DNA of 64,000 bases from Tricharina praecox (Eukaryota). The notes under the pieces are model-generated. The model had not been told where the DNA came from, ran no database searches, and saw only the letters and a list, made by a program, of their open reading frames with translations. The number at the start of each line of letters is the position of its first letter. Position 1 is the first letter of the stretch. The position numbers and the translations under genes were made by a program. Positions 51,968-64,000 of the stretch are shown here, piece by piece. The DNA lies in NCBI RefSeq assembly GCF_024521635.1, contig NW_026250404.1:1054001-1118000 (forward strand), given 5' to 3'.

Positions 51968-53168
51968 GCTGCAGCGCTTGCCAGCGAAGAGATCGCGGAT
52001 CGTGAAGCGGTCCTTCTCCGAACCGTTTCTTCCCCAACCCGCTTCCAGAGTATCCGCTGCCAGTGCTGGCTCTTCCATTGCGGGGCATTTTCGCCTCCAC
52101 AGTCGGCAGCGTAGGGCGTGTCACGTGATAGGTACCACCGAGTGATATACACTAATAGCTCCTCCCCTCGCTGACAGTTCCTCCTCTCGTTAATAGCTCC
52201 TCCATCACTTCCTCCTCTCGCTAACAGTTTCCCCTCCTCTTGCAGACATTTACCCCTCCCCTTGCAGGTAGTTCATCCAGCACTCGGCCACAACAGTGTG
52301 TTATCCGCGGCGAAGACAGTGTGCTAACCACACCGAAGACAGTTTTCTAACTATGGCGAATAAAGTATGGTATTCGCTCCACCCCAGCGTAGCACCGAGC
52401 TCAGGAATGGTATCCGAAGGGCACCGGTGGCCGGGTGCCTGGATTGGAACCGTATGCATACCGAATTATGTAGTCTACATAGAGTAGTGCTCCCACCGTC
52501 ACGCCAAAACCAAAACCAAAACCAAAACCGTCACCACCCAGGCCCGGTGGGTGGCGCATCGCCTTGGCCGGAAACTTCAAACTTCAAACTCGTTACTTGA
52601 TCTGGGTTCCTGGTTCCGGCACGGAGTAGCACTCGGTGCGTGAGTGATGTCCTGTGCAGGTCTGTAGTTGATGGCTGCGAGAACTGCTGCGAGAACTGGT
52701 GGATCAACGGTCTGTGAACTGTTTGAAAGACAGGTGGGGATGTGTTGGTGCTGTGGTTTGGGGAGAGGACTTGGGGGTGGATGGAGAGCTTGGGCGTGTA
52801 AACAAGGTACTTGTCAGACTCTGGTAACCGTATGGATGTACCTATTGGTGTGATGTTACCAACTATACCTTGTTTACTGTGTTTAGTACAATCTGAGCAG
52901 AAAGTGCTGTAGGTTCTGCAAAAAGACTTAGGTAGTGTATTTGCAGTATACTAGGTAGGTGTATACCACTTCATGACCGGACATGGACATCATCTCGCGA
53001 CCATCGATGGAAGGACCAGAGGCAATAGACAATCGCTAAAGGGCCAAGCAGTAACGTAACAGACTATATACGGCAGCAGTATTCAATTCCATATATATGT
53101 GCCCCCCCACCAGCCCACCAGCCCACCGGTCGATCCGAGAACGAATGCACGCACGCAAAATACAAATT

Positions 53169-55364
53169 CTACCCCCTCCCCCTCGAAAAAAACCCATCGA
53201 CCAACTCGACCATGCCACTGACCAGCACCGAAAACAACACGCGCATCTGCGGACACTGCTCCGGCGCCCACTCCACCTCCTGTACACATCTACTGATACT
53301 CCTTAGCAATTCGACGTCGCCCTCGTCGTCGTCGCCTTCGCGCTCGCCATTATCCCTATCGCGCTCGCCCTCCGTAGGCTTGCACACCAGGCCGGAGAAC
53401 AGCACCCACGTAGCCCCGGTGAGAATCAGCAGGCCAACACGATTCGGCAATCTCGCTGGCCCGAAGTCCGGGCTCCCGAGCATATCCCTCATCGCGGCCG
53501 CCTCGCATCGCGCCCATTGCTTCAGCTTCAACCCATCGTCATCCGATTCGCTTCCGATGCCGACATCGGCATCGGTGTCGCTGCTGGACGGTAGTCGGCA
53601 CACCGACATCAGCGCGCAAAAGTAGTTCCAGCGTACGCGGACCAGGCACGCCATGGCCTCCCAGCTCCCGCCCTCTGCTGCCACCCCTTCCAGTACTTGT
53701 CTCAATGGAAGCCTGACGTCATCGGAGCGCTGCAGCCACTGATCGAGCTCCAGCTGCAGCGCCTCGACGACGGGTGGTGGCGCCGGCGCAGCCGCATATA
53801 GCAGGCGGAGAACGCGGGCCATGACCCAAGTCAGCTCAACGCGTTGACCGAACCGGGTACTTGGCGGAGGTAGTGGTACGTCGACATCGCGCTCGGCGAT
53901 GCTGCTCATCTGGCCCGAGCGCAATGATAGCTCTTTATCCATGCAGAAAAGAACCCACCACGCGTTGACACGCTCTTCGCACGTCAACTCGTCGGTGATG
54001 CGGAGACGACGAGGATCCCGGTGGAGACCCAATTGTGCCGCGATTGATGCCGCGATGCCGAGTACCGCGAACATAGGCTTGGAGTCGTCGCCTTCTTGCA
54101 GGTATAGCGCCATCCCCACCAGAGCTTGTACCGTAGGGATGGATGGTATGTTGGAAAAGAGAAATTCGGGTAGTGAACGGGAGGTGAGGTTGTAGTAGTG
54201 GAATGCGGCATCATAATGGATAGATCTCGACGGTAATGTTTTCGCGAGATGTTGCGCGCCCAAGGCAAGGACGATTGTATTACTAGCGGACCATGTGCGG
54301 TGATTGCGGAGGTGCGCAGGTGTTGGATTGGTGAAGAGGTGCTCGGAAAATAATGGAGTGACGGAATTGACATGCGTAAAGTACTCTACTCTCGTTTGTC
54401 AACCATACAAATTTATTGGGCGCGGGTGCGACAAACCATGGATATACATGGCTCGCAGCTCGGGCGTCTCCACGAAGCCGGAGCTCCTCTGCAACGCCGT
54501 CGTTAACGGAATACCCAGCCCGAATGAACACCCCTCCGGGCCGCTATAAGATAAGCAGGCAGCCTGAGCCCGCTCCAAGAGTGCTGAGAAAGATGTATTT
54601 CCAAGCTTCGCGTCGATCCAGTTCATGCCCGATTTGGAAATAAACGAGAACGGGCTCGACGCGCCGATGTAAACATTGCTTATGGGAAGCGTGACCATTC
54701 CGACTCTGCCCTCAAATCTGGGCGACGATGCCGAGGATTCTGGTGACACTGCAGCCGCTCGGGGTGTCGGAGATAGTGCTTCTTCCTGAAGGCCCGACGC
54801 GGCCATCGGTGCGGGGAGGATCCGGGCGTCCAATAGCTCGGACTTGTTCTCGCTGTCGCCATCGCCATCACTGTCGCCGCTTGCACTGCTGCTCTCGTTG
54901 CGTCGGTGGCGAATGAGGCTCTCTTGCGCCAGACCGCCGAGTTTCAGGTTCTTGTAGACGGCAGCTTCGATGCGACATAGACGCTCGTCAAGGTCTTCGG
55001 TACGGTGCGTGAGGATCTCGGTTGTTCGGCGCGGGGCGGCGGTGGTGGTCTTGCTCCGCTTCGGCGTGTAGACACAGGGCAGGCCTTTGGCTGCGCAGTG
55101 CTGACAACCGGCAATCCGGCCGTCGCATTTCTTCTACTGACGCGAGCAAGGTTAACGCGGGGAATGCCAGGAGACTATTGTAAGTGGGATCGAGAACATA
55201 CTTTGCGCCTACGGCAGGCATCACAAGCTACCGAAATAAGTGTCAAGAGTCGAAATCGAAGCGGGGTGGGGGTTTAGTTTAGAGGGAGGGGAAGACCACG
55301 TTCGCGACTTACCAGTGAAGTGGGTGTATTCGTCCTGAGCCTCAAAGTTCTGGACTGTTGCCAT
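53169..55364 (-). CDS. Zn(II)2Cys6 transcription factor with Fungal_trans domain (AtrR-like middle region), 4 exons, ~663 aa
   Basis: Exons 55364-55313, 55227-55202, 55133-54437, 54385-53169 give 1992 nt in frame. ACDACRRRKKKCDGRIAGCQHCAAKGLPCVY; YIGASSPFSFISKSGMNWIDAKLG; YFTHVNSVTPLF; TVQAL; AAQLGLHR; EERVNAWWVLFCMDKELSLRSG; DVDVPLP. Confidence 0.88.
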
Positions 55365-58223
55365 TTTAGTTTGCTAGTTGGCGTTTGGGGGGGCGTGGTG
55401 CGATTTCGGACAAGCCGTTGGGGCAAGTGGGAGACTTGGACGAAGTCTTGGAATCTTGGAAGCTGCTCGAGCAGGAAAAGAAAGCAAAGTGGTGGGCGGA
55501 GAGCGAGAGTCAGAGTGATGGCTCGATTGTTGCGCTACCACTCAAATAAGGGGTGGTAGAAGCGAGAATGCAGACTGCGTGCTTGTGCATCATAGGCAAA
55601 ATGGGTAGCAAGCAGCACTTGTGGGGTGAGTCGGCCACAAGGGTCCGCAAAACCCAAATTTCACACCGATTAGGCAATTATGGCCACTTTTCTCTTTCCA
55701 TCGTGCTTGATATTTCTCGACGGAGTGCACGAGAAGCTTCTCGTAGAACAGCCCTGTACGCCGTTTGGGATAATGGCCGGATCATGGCAGTCGGTCGGGC
55801 CGCTTTTCGTGGTGGCGGCCAAGTCGGTCTCGCCAGGTTTTTTTGTTTAATTGCCTGCGACCGTGAGAAGTCGTATCATGAGACCGGCCCAGTGATACTT
55901 TGTGAGGTACATAACCATATGTGCTTGATACCTTACCAGGATGACCCGAGAATATAGCCCATATTTCGAATGTATTTTCTTTCCTCGTCTCTATATCCAA
56001 CGGCCCGCCATAACACAGGTGGATTCGATGTTAGTGGTCGGACTTCATAGTATAGTGACATACATGACCGGTAAGTTACGGTATGATGCAATTAAGTGGT
56101 CCACTGAATGGCATATCTTGTGTTCCGCGTTTTTCTCGTGGTCGGAGGTCGGAAACTGCCCTCGAGGATCTTTTGGAGTCAGAACCCTTTTCAAAGCTTC
56201 TGGTGAAGTACTATGTACGTATCGCACGAACCTTCTGTAAGGCAAAGAAGCAGTACGCCATACTACGGGGCTATCAGGAGGAGGTTTATGGCACTAGGAA
56301 GGCATTCATCTTGTCTGTCATCACTAGATGAGAGACTCAAGCTGGACTGTTGAGGCCCATCGCGGAGGATAAGGAAACGTTTCAACTCCATGTAAACGAT
56401 TGCAACGCTGATATTCCGGAAGACGTTGGCGATTATATTCCCAATGCAGGCCTTTAGGTCCGTCCAGACGATGTTCCATACCTCGTCAGCGGCATTTCTG
56501 AGCCCCTCATGTCTTACATCCATTTCAACATCAGAAGTTTAGACCGCAGTCACACTCGTTCGAGACCGATTGGCTGGCATTATCTTTCTCCAGAAATGCT
56601 GCTGAAAGTTGAGGAGTAAGTGAACGAAGAGGATCCTATTTGGTTTGACTATGTATTCTAATTGGCACGGAAGAGAGAGCATAATGAGGTTGGAAGAAGG
56701 TTTAAAACAGCGGCAACATCCATAGCTAGCCGTGTATTCGCTTGTATTTTGCTTTAGAATTTTACCGAAATGTACTGCAACGTAAGGAAGCTTACCGATG
56801 AGCGAACCGGCCGATCCCTATTTGGTGTGCTGATAATCACTCAGGATCACTCGTGGCCCGGCGTCCGGCGAGTCAGTCTGAGGATCCTCCCATCGACCAT
56901 TCGCCATAACGGTGCGCAGTAGGGGATTTTATCTTCTAGACGGACCTAGAAGGTTGTTCCCTCTCTCATAATTACCGTGAACGTTTATACCGAGGTGCGG
57001 CGCCGGCTGAACTTGGTGGCTCCATGGTCCTCCCGGGAAAGCTATTGGTTGATACTTGTAGCCGGGACGTGGTTGAAAGGGATCGACGTGCACCGCCACG
57101 CTCTCTTCCATCCTTGCCATTCGGAACCGCATATCAACGACTATTGCTTGAGCTCCCGGAGTGCGTAGACAAGGTCCGCCTCGCCAGCAAGTAGTAGCCG
57201 GGAAGGCGTATAATTGGTGGCACTAAGTATGCAGCCGTAGGTACCACGCTTGCGTCCACCACAGGAACGGTATTCTTCAACCCAAGTGTCGAGGCTGTGT
57301 TCTCCTCCGAGAACGAGAACGAGAAGAACATCGAGCCATGCTTCCGCTTCCGCTATCCGAACCCGAACAGCATCTGAAGGTTCAGTTTAAGTCAAGCATT
57401 TGTCGCCGCCCTGGACATCAATGCGTCATCATTGGCGGTGGTGGACGGTTGGGGAAGCTCGGTGCACACTGCGCTCACAGAAGGTACTCTACTCCGACCT
57501 TGATCTAAGGACTCGATTTACGAGATTCCCGATTCACGCACAGCCAAGTAGCCACTGATAGGCGCTTTAACAAAACATGACAGGCTAGGGTGAGCCTGCT
57601 GAGCCAGCCTCATGAACGTTAATGCAAAGTGGGCCACATGGCTCGAATATGTACCTACAGCCTTCGGTATTAGTCAACGCTCGTGGCATCAATAGTCAAG
57701 AAGTCCAACCTTCGCCTCATGAACGCAGGTGCGCCATTAAACACCCCATGTGCTGTCTCCAACTGCCAGCAACGAAGTCCTCGAGGTTGTCGCCCTCTTT
57801 TCGTTTCGCCTATTCTTTCATTTCGCCCATTCTTGACCGGCAGGCCCTGGTTTCTATTGGCAGAGTGTCCCACCCACATCCAATGATTAGACGCTGACTG
57901 TTCATTCACTTAACATCACTCGAAATCTTGGCGCCGCGGCGCGAGGGGATGGGCTAATCGTCATTGCTACCTCCCAGTCGCCTCCCAGTCGCCTCCATCT
58001 CTCTCCCCCCCAGCCTGCATATATACGCGGTAGTCCCCATTCACAACAACTCGGTCCTGCAGTGCCCTACAAAGATCGCCGCCTTTTCCCCAGACCACTA
58101 CTTAACCTGCAAAAAGCCCTCCGGCCCCGGTCGCGACACCCCAACTACACACCAGCCACCGCATATTTACAACTTCAGGCTTCCTCCGCTTACCACGGCC
58201 GTCCGCAAATCAAACATAACCGC

Positions 58224-60461
58224 ATGGAAGGCTACGACTATAATCCTTCGACCGGCACATATGTGCGCAACCCGCACTTCCGTCCTTCGCACCCTCCACC
58301 GCTACCGCCGAAGGAATATGACTCCGTGAAAGAGACCCAGACTGCGCCGGCCGAACTCGAAGCTTCGTTAAGCTCGGCGGGATCGTTCATCTCGGTCGAC
58401 TCGCAGCAACCGAAGCGGCGCAAGGTGCGCGTCCTCTCGCTCGATGGCGGAGGCATCAGAGGGTACTCAACGCTCGTCATCTTGGGCGAGTTGATGCACC
58501 AGGTGTATGTGCAAGAGAACGGCGGCCGCGCGCCAAGGTCACCACAAGACCTGCCGCGTCCATGTGACTATTTTGATCTCATCGGCGGAAATGGTACATC
58601 TACCCATTCCAAGACTTTTAGTCAAGCCCCGTTCGCCCCCGCCAAGCGCGACAGGCTAACATGATCAGGAACTGGTGGTTTGATCGCGCTGATGCTCGGG
58701 CGCATGCGCATGGACGTTGAGTCCTGCAAGTCTTACTACGTCTCTTTAACGCGCTTCGTCTTCATCACCGACAAGACCATCCTGGGAATGCCCTATGGCA
58801 AGACGTTGTTCAAAGCGTCGCGGCTTGAAGAGGCAATCAAGCATTGTGTGCGCGAGTCGACACGCTTCGATTCCGAAAAGATCGTCCCGCACTCCCCGCC
58901 GCCGGCAGAACCCACGTCACCGCAGTCATTGGTGCACCGGCGTACCGATTCTTGGCGCCGTCGGCGAAGCGAGAGCGCCGGTCAGAGTGAAGAGCGAGGG
59001 AGGACTGGACGGCCGCGAAGGAATGTCGGTAATCCTGATGCGCCGTTGTACGATACGCGCGAGGGTGCATGCAAGACTTTTGTCACGGCAATGCTGGAAG
59101 GTAGCAGGAAGGGTGCTCCGCCAGTTCTGCTGCGATCCTATCCGTCGCCGGCGGAGAGCATGCCCTCCTATCGCACTACAATATGGCAGGCTGGCCGTGC
59201 TACCTGTGCCACCGCCGCAGCGTTCAAGAGCGTCACAATCGACCACCTCACCTTTCTGGATGAAGGCAACGGCATGTACAACCCAGCCTTCCAAGTTCTG
59301 GACGAAGCACATATCCATGAGTTTCCCGACTGTGATATCGCTGTCTTTGTCTCTGTCGGCACGGGCAAGCGGCAGAAGTCGAACAACACCCGAGAAGAGA
59401 AACGCGATTGGTGGGAGGGTGTCGCATTCGAGGGTTTTGCGGAGGCGAAGCGCAGATTGATCCGTCGTATCGACGATTGCGAGCGCGTGCACCGTGAGCT
59501 GGTCGATGGCGATGATGGCGGGCGGCCGAAGCTGGCGCAAGGCGGTGTATCTACCCAGGATTACTACCGCTTCAATGTGGAGGTGGGCGTGGGCGAGTTC
59601 GGCATGAACGAGTGGAACCGATTGTCGGAGGTGGCCACGGGCACTCGGCGCTATCTCACCCAGCGGGAGACGTCGAAACTGGTGAAGGAGTGTGCCGGCA
59701 AACTGGTCTCCGTAGAACGGGGCTGTGTCGATGACGGTACCAAGATCAAATTCCGTCCTTCGAAGGCTGGCGACATCGGAACTAGCGCGGGCGTGGTGCC
59801 TGTGAATTACCCGCGGTACACCGAATCGCAGAGGCACCCAAAAAACCCAAAGCAGCAGTCGCCACAGGTACAGCAGCCGCAGACGCAGCAGCCACAGGTG
59901 CAGCCACAGGTGCAGCAGCAACCTCCACCACAAATACAATCGCAGCAGCAGCAGCCACCGCCGCAGCGGCGACCTTCACATCCCCCACCACAACATCCCC
60001 CTCCCCAACGCCCTCCACAACCACCGGCTCAGCAGCAGCACGCCCCACACCCGCAGCCGCAACACCCAAGCCAGCGCCCCAATGCGAACGTCAAAGTTGC
60101 GCCCCAACTCCAGCACATCATCATGCCGGATGAGAAGAGCTACCGGCAAACCCCGCCGGTAGCGTCCAATCCGTACGCACCGCCACCGCCGCCGCCGCCG
60201 CCACAGGTACCCGAGCAGCCGCTCGCTCCTCCGCCCAAGCCGCAGAAGGTCGGAAAAGTGCTCGTCGCCTCCAAGACGCCCGAGCCGAGCGGATACTATG
60301 CCGACGACACGCCGAACCCCGAGATCCGCCTCACCAGCCCCTCCACCGTCGCCGGCGGCTCCGACGACGAGGAGGATATGTACAAGGGCTACGGACGCAG
60401 ACGGAGACGGAAGAGTAGAAGCCGCAGCCGCAGCCACAGCTTGGGCGGGATCGATGAGTAA
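58224..60461 (+). CDS. Patatin-like (iPLA2-gamma-related) protein with non-canonical nucleophile elbow and Q/P-rich C-terminus, 2 exons, ~720 aa
   Basis: Exons 58224-58593 and 58669-60461 give 2163 nt in frame. VLSLDGGGIRG; PRPCDYFDLIGGNGTGGLIALMLGR; IWQAGRATCA; FLDEG..YNP; VSVGTG; YYRFNV. Confidence 0.9.
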
Positions 60462-61051
60462 AGTAACGACGTTTGCGGAATTGTTTTTTTTGTTTTTTGT
60501 TTTTTTGTTTGGTTTGGTTTCATTTCATTGGCGAGAGACAGAGATGATGATGGACAGTTGTGGTGTTTGGGAGTTTGCTTCGATATACCCAGATGTTGTG
60601 TTGGCGATGATGATGTAGTGGAACTTACTTACTTTACCTGTGCTTGGAACTGGGAACTTGGAACTTGGAACTTGGATGAACGGACTAATTTTGAACGGTT
60701 GAACTTACTTACGGTACTTGCTTGCTGGATTTGTTTCTTGCTGCTGCTGCTGCTTTCTTATACTTATACGCACTTATAATCGCGCGTGCGAGTACCTACC
60801 TGCGCGCGTACGGCTTGCTGAATTCATGTGCTTACGGTGGTTTGAACTTTGGTGCAGTTGCGTTGCGTTCGGTAAATGAGGCTACCAACCAGCGAGGAGA
60901 ATCTGCGGGAGGGGGGAAGGGGGAGGGCGCTGGTTTTACTGCTTTACGTAGAGTACTGGTAGAATTCAATACAATGATTGTTACGAGACATGTATCTGCA
61001 ATGGTTTCGTTATGTGGGAGTGAAGTGCGATTTCGACGGGAATGGCGCCGA

Positions 61052-61153
61052 TAGAGGTGAATGGAGTCGGCAGAGGTGAATGAGGCAGACAGAGGTGAAT
61101 GGGGTCGGCAGAGGTGAATGGAGTCGGCAGAGGTGAACGGAGTCGGCAGAGGT
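61052..61153. repeat. 19-bp tandem repeat (CAGAGGTGAATGGAGTCGG) x~5
   Basis: Directly visible, slightly degenerate copies, no spacers. Confidence 0.88.
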
Positions 61154-63458
61154 AGCGCATCCACGGCACCGTCCTCGAATTACCTATGCTAGGTAGTCTT
61201 GGTACATTATCACGAGCTTTGCACTTGGCCAATGGCCATGCCAGGAGACATTTGAAAGGCATTCTTTTCGCTGCTCACTTTGCTACATACGCCCTTCTTT
61301 TCTTGAGAGAACACGTTCTAGGTACCTGCTTCACTTCTCGAGAAGTTTTTTTTTCTGGTTTCTTCATTATCTCGTACGACCTATACAGAACATGGCAACA
61401 TGTGCACCCCTCAGTCCGTCTATAGTCCTTCACTAAAAACAATAGGCCTTCACTAAAAAACAAGCCTCGAGCGCTCAAAATCGGGTGATACCATGTGACG
61501 TACTCACAACAAGTCACTCGAGTTTCAAGTTCATGGCTGAGCGATTCATTCCGTCGCCTTTACAGCACTCCGGGCTCTCCAAACACTCTTATTTCTCTAA
61601 CGTATTTGTGCTGGTTCAGACCGTGTTCCAAATTCCAACTTCATCACCATATAGAGACCTATATATAGTATTTACCCCAGGTATCCCAGCTCCGCGCAAC
61701 CCCAGTTTTTATCCTCAGTACACATGATACGTGAAGAAAGATACCTAGGTATCGGGGATGACGCGGCCCTTAGACGCAGCAGTGACGACTCCATAGTCCG
61801 TCCAAGAGCGGGTTATAGATGTCGGGATATAGACGCGGTACTCTACGGTACGGTAGTTACCTGGGCATTGATACCTAGGCATTGATACCGAGAGTACCTA
61901 TTATAGGGTGGTGCGCCTCCCGAGATATCCGAGCCAAAGTGCCAGCGCCAATGCCGAAGAGTGGCACACGGCCGGCGATTGAGTGCGTGCGTGATGTTCG
62001 CCGGAAAGTTCTTACGGCACATATCTCGCCTACACCGCGGGTTTTGGTGGTGCTGGTGGTGCTGGTGGTGCTGGTGGTGCTGGTGGGCTAGGGTTTGGGG
62101 TGTTAACATGAAACTGTAATCTACAAGTCGACTGGCGCACGCCGCATTGCTACAGGACTTTCGAGGATGTAAAGGCATTGCCATTGAATGATCGAATGAT
62201 TGAATGATTGGATATTGGTATAACTGTCGCTTCTTAGGCTCAGTAATGGTATCATACTAGTAGCTGAGCACCTTGAAAACCCGTCTCGATCGAACCGCTC
62301 CGGTGCCCATTGCCCAACCGCCGCCGTCTTCGGCGTTCGCGGTACCTAAAGTCATCAGCCTAACATCCTGGCGCCGTGCCCGCCCCCGCGGCCTGCATGC
62401 GTTAAACGCCCACCAGTCCCACTTTCCTCCATCCGTCGCTGTCTTGTCGCTAGGTGCATAAAGGTGCAAAAGAAGCATTTGTCCCATGACTCCCATCCAG
62501 GTGTTTCTGTTCACCCGGTCTTTGTGCACAATCGCGATGGGGGCCAAGTGTAAACACTGGGTGGAATTTCGCTTGTACCGAGCATTCTGCACGGCTCAGC
62601 AGAACTGCGCGGCATCATCACGAGAAGCGGGGCACTGCATTTTACTCTCAGCCCGAGTAGAGTGCTCCTTTAATCCGTGATCGTCGCGTAACTAGAGGCG
62701 TGGGGTAAAGTTACGCGGCGATGCTCGAGCGCGACAGGGCGTCGTTAGTTAGCGACATCTCCATGCACGCAGCGCGATAGAGTTGAGCAAACCGAAGTCT
62801 GGAGAACTCTCCAGGATTCTCTCTCTGTTGCGCTCTCTTGGTGTCTCTTGCTCTCTCTTGCTCTCTCTCTCTCTCTCCCTCTCTATCTCTCTATCTCTCT
62901 CTGTTGTTCGTTGCCATCGTGTCTCTCAACACAGCCCCATAGTTCAGCTCCACTTTCCGAGCGCGCAAATCGCACCGCAGCACTTCCCCTCCGAGGAGCG
63001 CCGGTCCGGCTGGTGCGACACAAGCGGATTGCGATCACCAATCCATGTCCCCCTGCATCCGTCCATCCATCCACCCGTCCAACTGCAGCCCTCGGCCACC
63101 GCACGTAAACAAGCCTCGTCGATAGAGTGCGCGTCACCCGGTGCGACAGTACTCGCAGATGGGCGACGAGGGCACAAACAATATATGAATGTGTGACCGC
63201 CCCTTTTCTCCTCTCTTTCTCTCTTTCTCTCTTTCCCTCTCTTTCTCCCACCGTCTCTCCCCAAGCTCATCGCGAGTCCCACGTCCCACCCTCTTTGCGA
63301 CCACATTCGTTTCCGCTCTCGACTTCCGCCCGTCCATTCGTTCCCATTGCCTTAGAATCTCTACCGAGCGCTGTATTCCCGACTCTCACGCTCACTTCTC
63401 AATCCACACTACTACCACCACCACCCAAAAAGGCCGGAAAAAAACAACAATCGACAAG

Positions 63459-63605
63459 ATGACAGACGACCTCCTCGTCAACACGCCCCTGACCACGTCC
63501 GACATCGTCTTCATGTCGGTGGGAGCGATCGGCGTGGCCGCGTGCGCGGTGTGGGCGCTGCATGGCTTCCTGACCAGAAGGAAGCAGCAGGATCTGTGGA
63601 TCTAG
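63459..63605 (+). CDS. Candidate 48-aa single-pass membrane microprotein MTDDLLVNTPLTTSDIVFMSVGAIGVAACAVWALHGFLTRRKQQDLWI
   Basis: A at -3 (AAGATG), preceded by a CT-rich promoter-like tract and A/C-rich leader; strong C/G third-position codon bias; ~23-aa hydrophobic segment followed by RRK. Confidence 0.55.
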   Translation: MTDDLLVNTPLTTSDIVFMSVGAIGVAACAVWALHGFLTRRKQQDLWI

Positions 63606-64000
63606 GTGGTGGGCGTGTCGTGTAGGAGGAGGGCATGGAAAGGTGTGTGCATGGAGCCCATGAAGTGAGATGTGATGCTAATGGAATCTACTATAAGGGA
63701 TACCTATTATCGTGAAGCGCAAGCGGAAGCGGAGCTACGAGGGAGAGACTCGCGAGTCGAGCGACGACGAGATTGATGCGCGAAAGAGACGCCGCGGGGC
63801 GACGAGCATGCAACGCGATGGGCGTCGTTTCGCTGGCTGTATATATTACACACATTACTTGAGGCGGCGGGTGTGTGACACCGGGATGGGAACATGCGGC
63901 GATCCGGTTTGGAGGGCGGCGTTGCGGTGCGGGTTGCGCGGTAGGTAGCGGGGGCGTTGGAATGCCGTGTCGGATTTTTAAAAAACACAAGTTACAAATT

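Noticed and set aside
55900..57450. Coding-like fragments with in-frame stops (possible pseudogene or editing-restored gene)
   Set aside because: Could not assign a strand, frame or family; stop pattern is not diagnostic.
1..64000. tRNA, rRNA, snRNA, TPP riboswitch, Starship captain or transposase/reverse transcriptase genes
   Set aside because: No diagnostic motifs found by eye; tRNAscan-SE, Infernal/Rfam and HMM searches would be needed to exclude them formally.

Overview
Eukaryotic DNA from a filamentous ascomycete, judged by short GT-AG introns (mostly 50-70 nt) with CTAAC/CTGAC branch sites. Eleven larger genes can be spliced by hand into frame-consistent models: proteasome beta2 (PUP1), UBA4/MOCS3, a RhoGAP, a TOXF-type branched-chain aminotransferase, a ~889-aa orphan, a DUF3112-type membrane protein, a LYAR-type zinc-finger protein, a full-size PDR/ABCG transporter, two Zn(II)2Cys6 transcription factors and a patatin-like protein. 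Two microgenes are also proposed: an intron-split 26-aa Cys-rich metallothionein (18717-18857, minus strand, absent from the ORF track) and a 48-aa single-TM ORF. Non-coding structure includes diverged inverted repeat arms bracketing ~17.2 kb around one transcription factor, a 158-bp TA-flanked MITE inside one arm, a 1.4-kb TIR element, a dispersed repeat family that spawns minisatellites, and many simple repeats. The patatin-like protein has Gly in place of the catalytic Ser. The second transcription factor has a CAG/TAG tandem acceptor whose proximal site would put a stop in the zinc cluster. All family assignments are from motif recognition; no database search was run.
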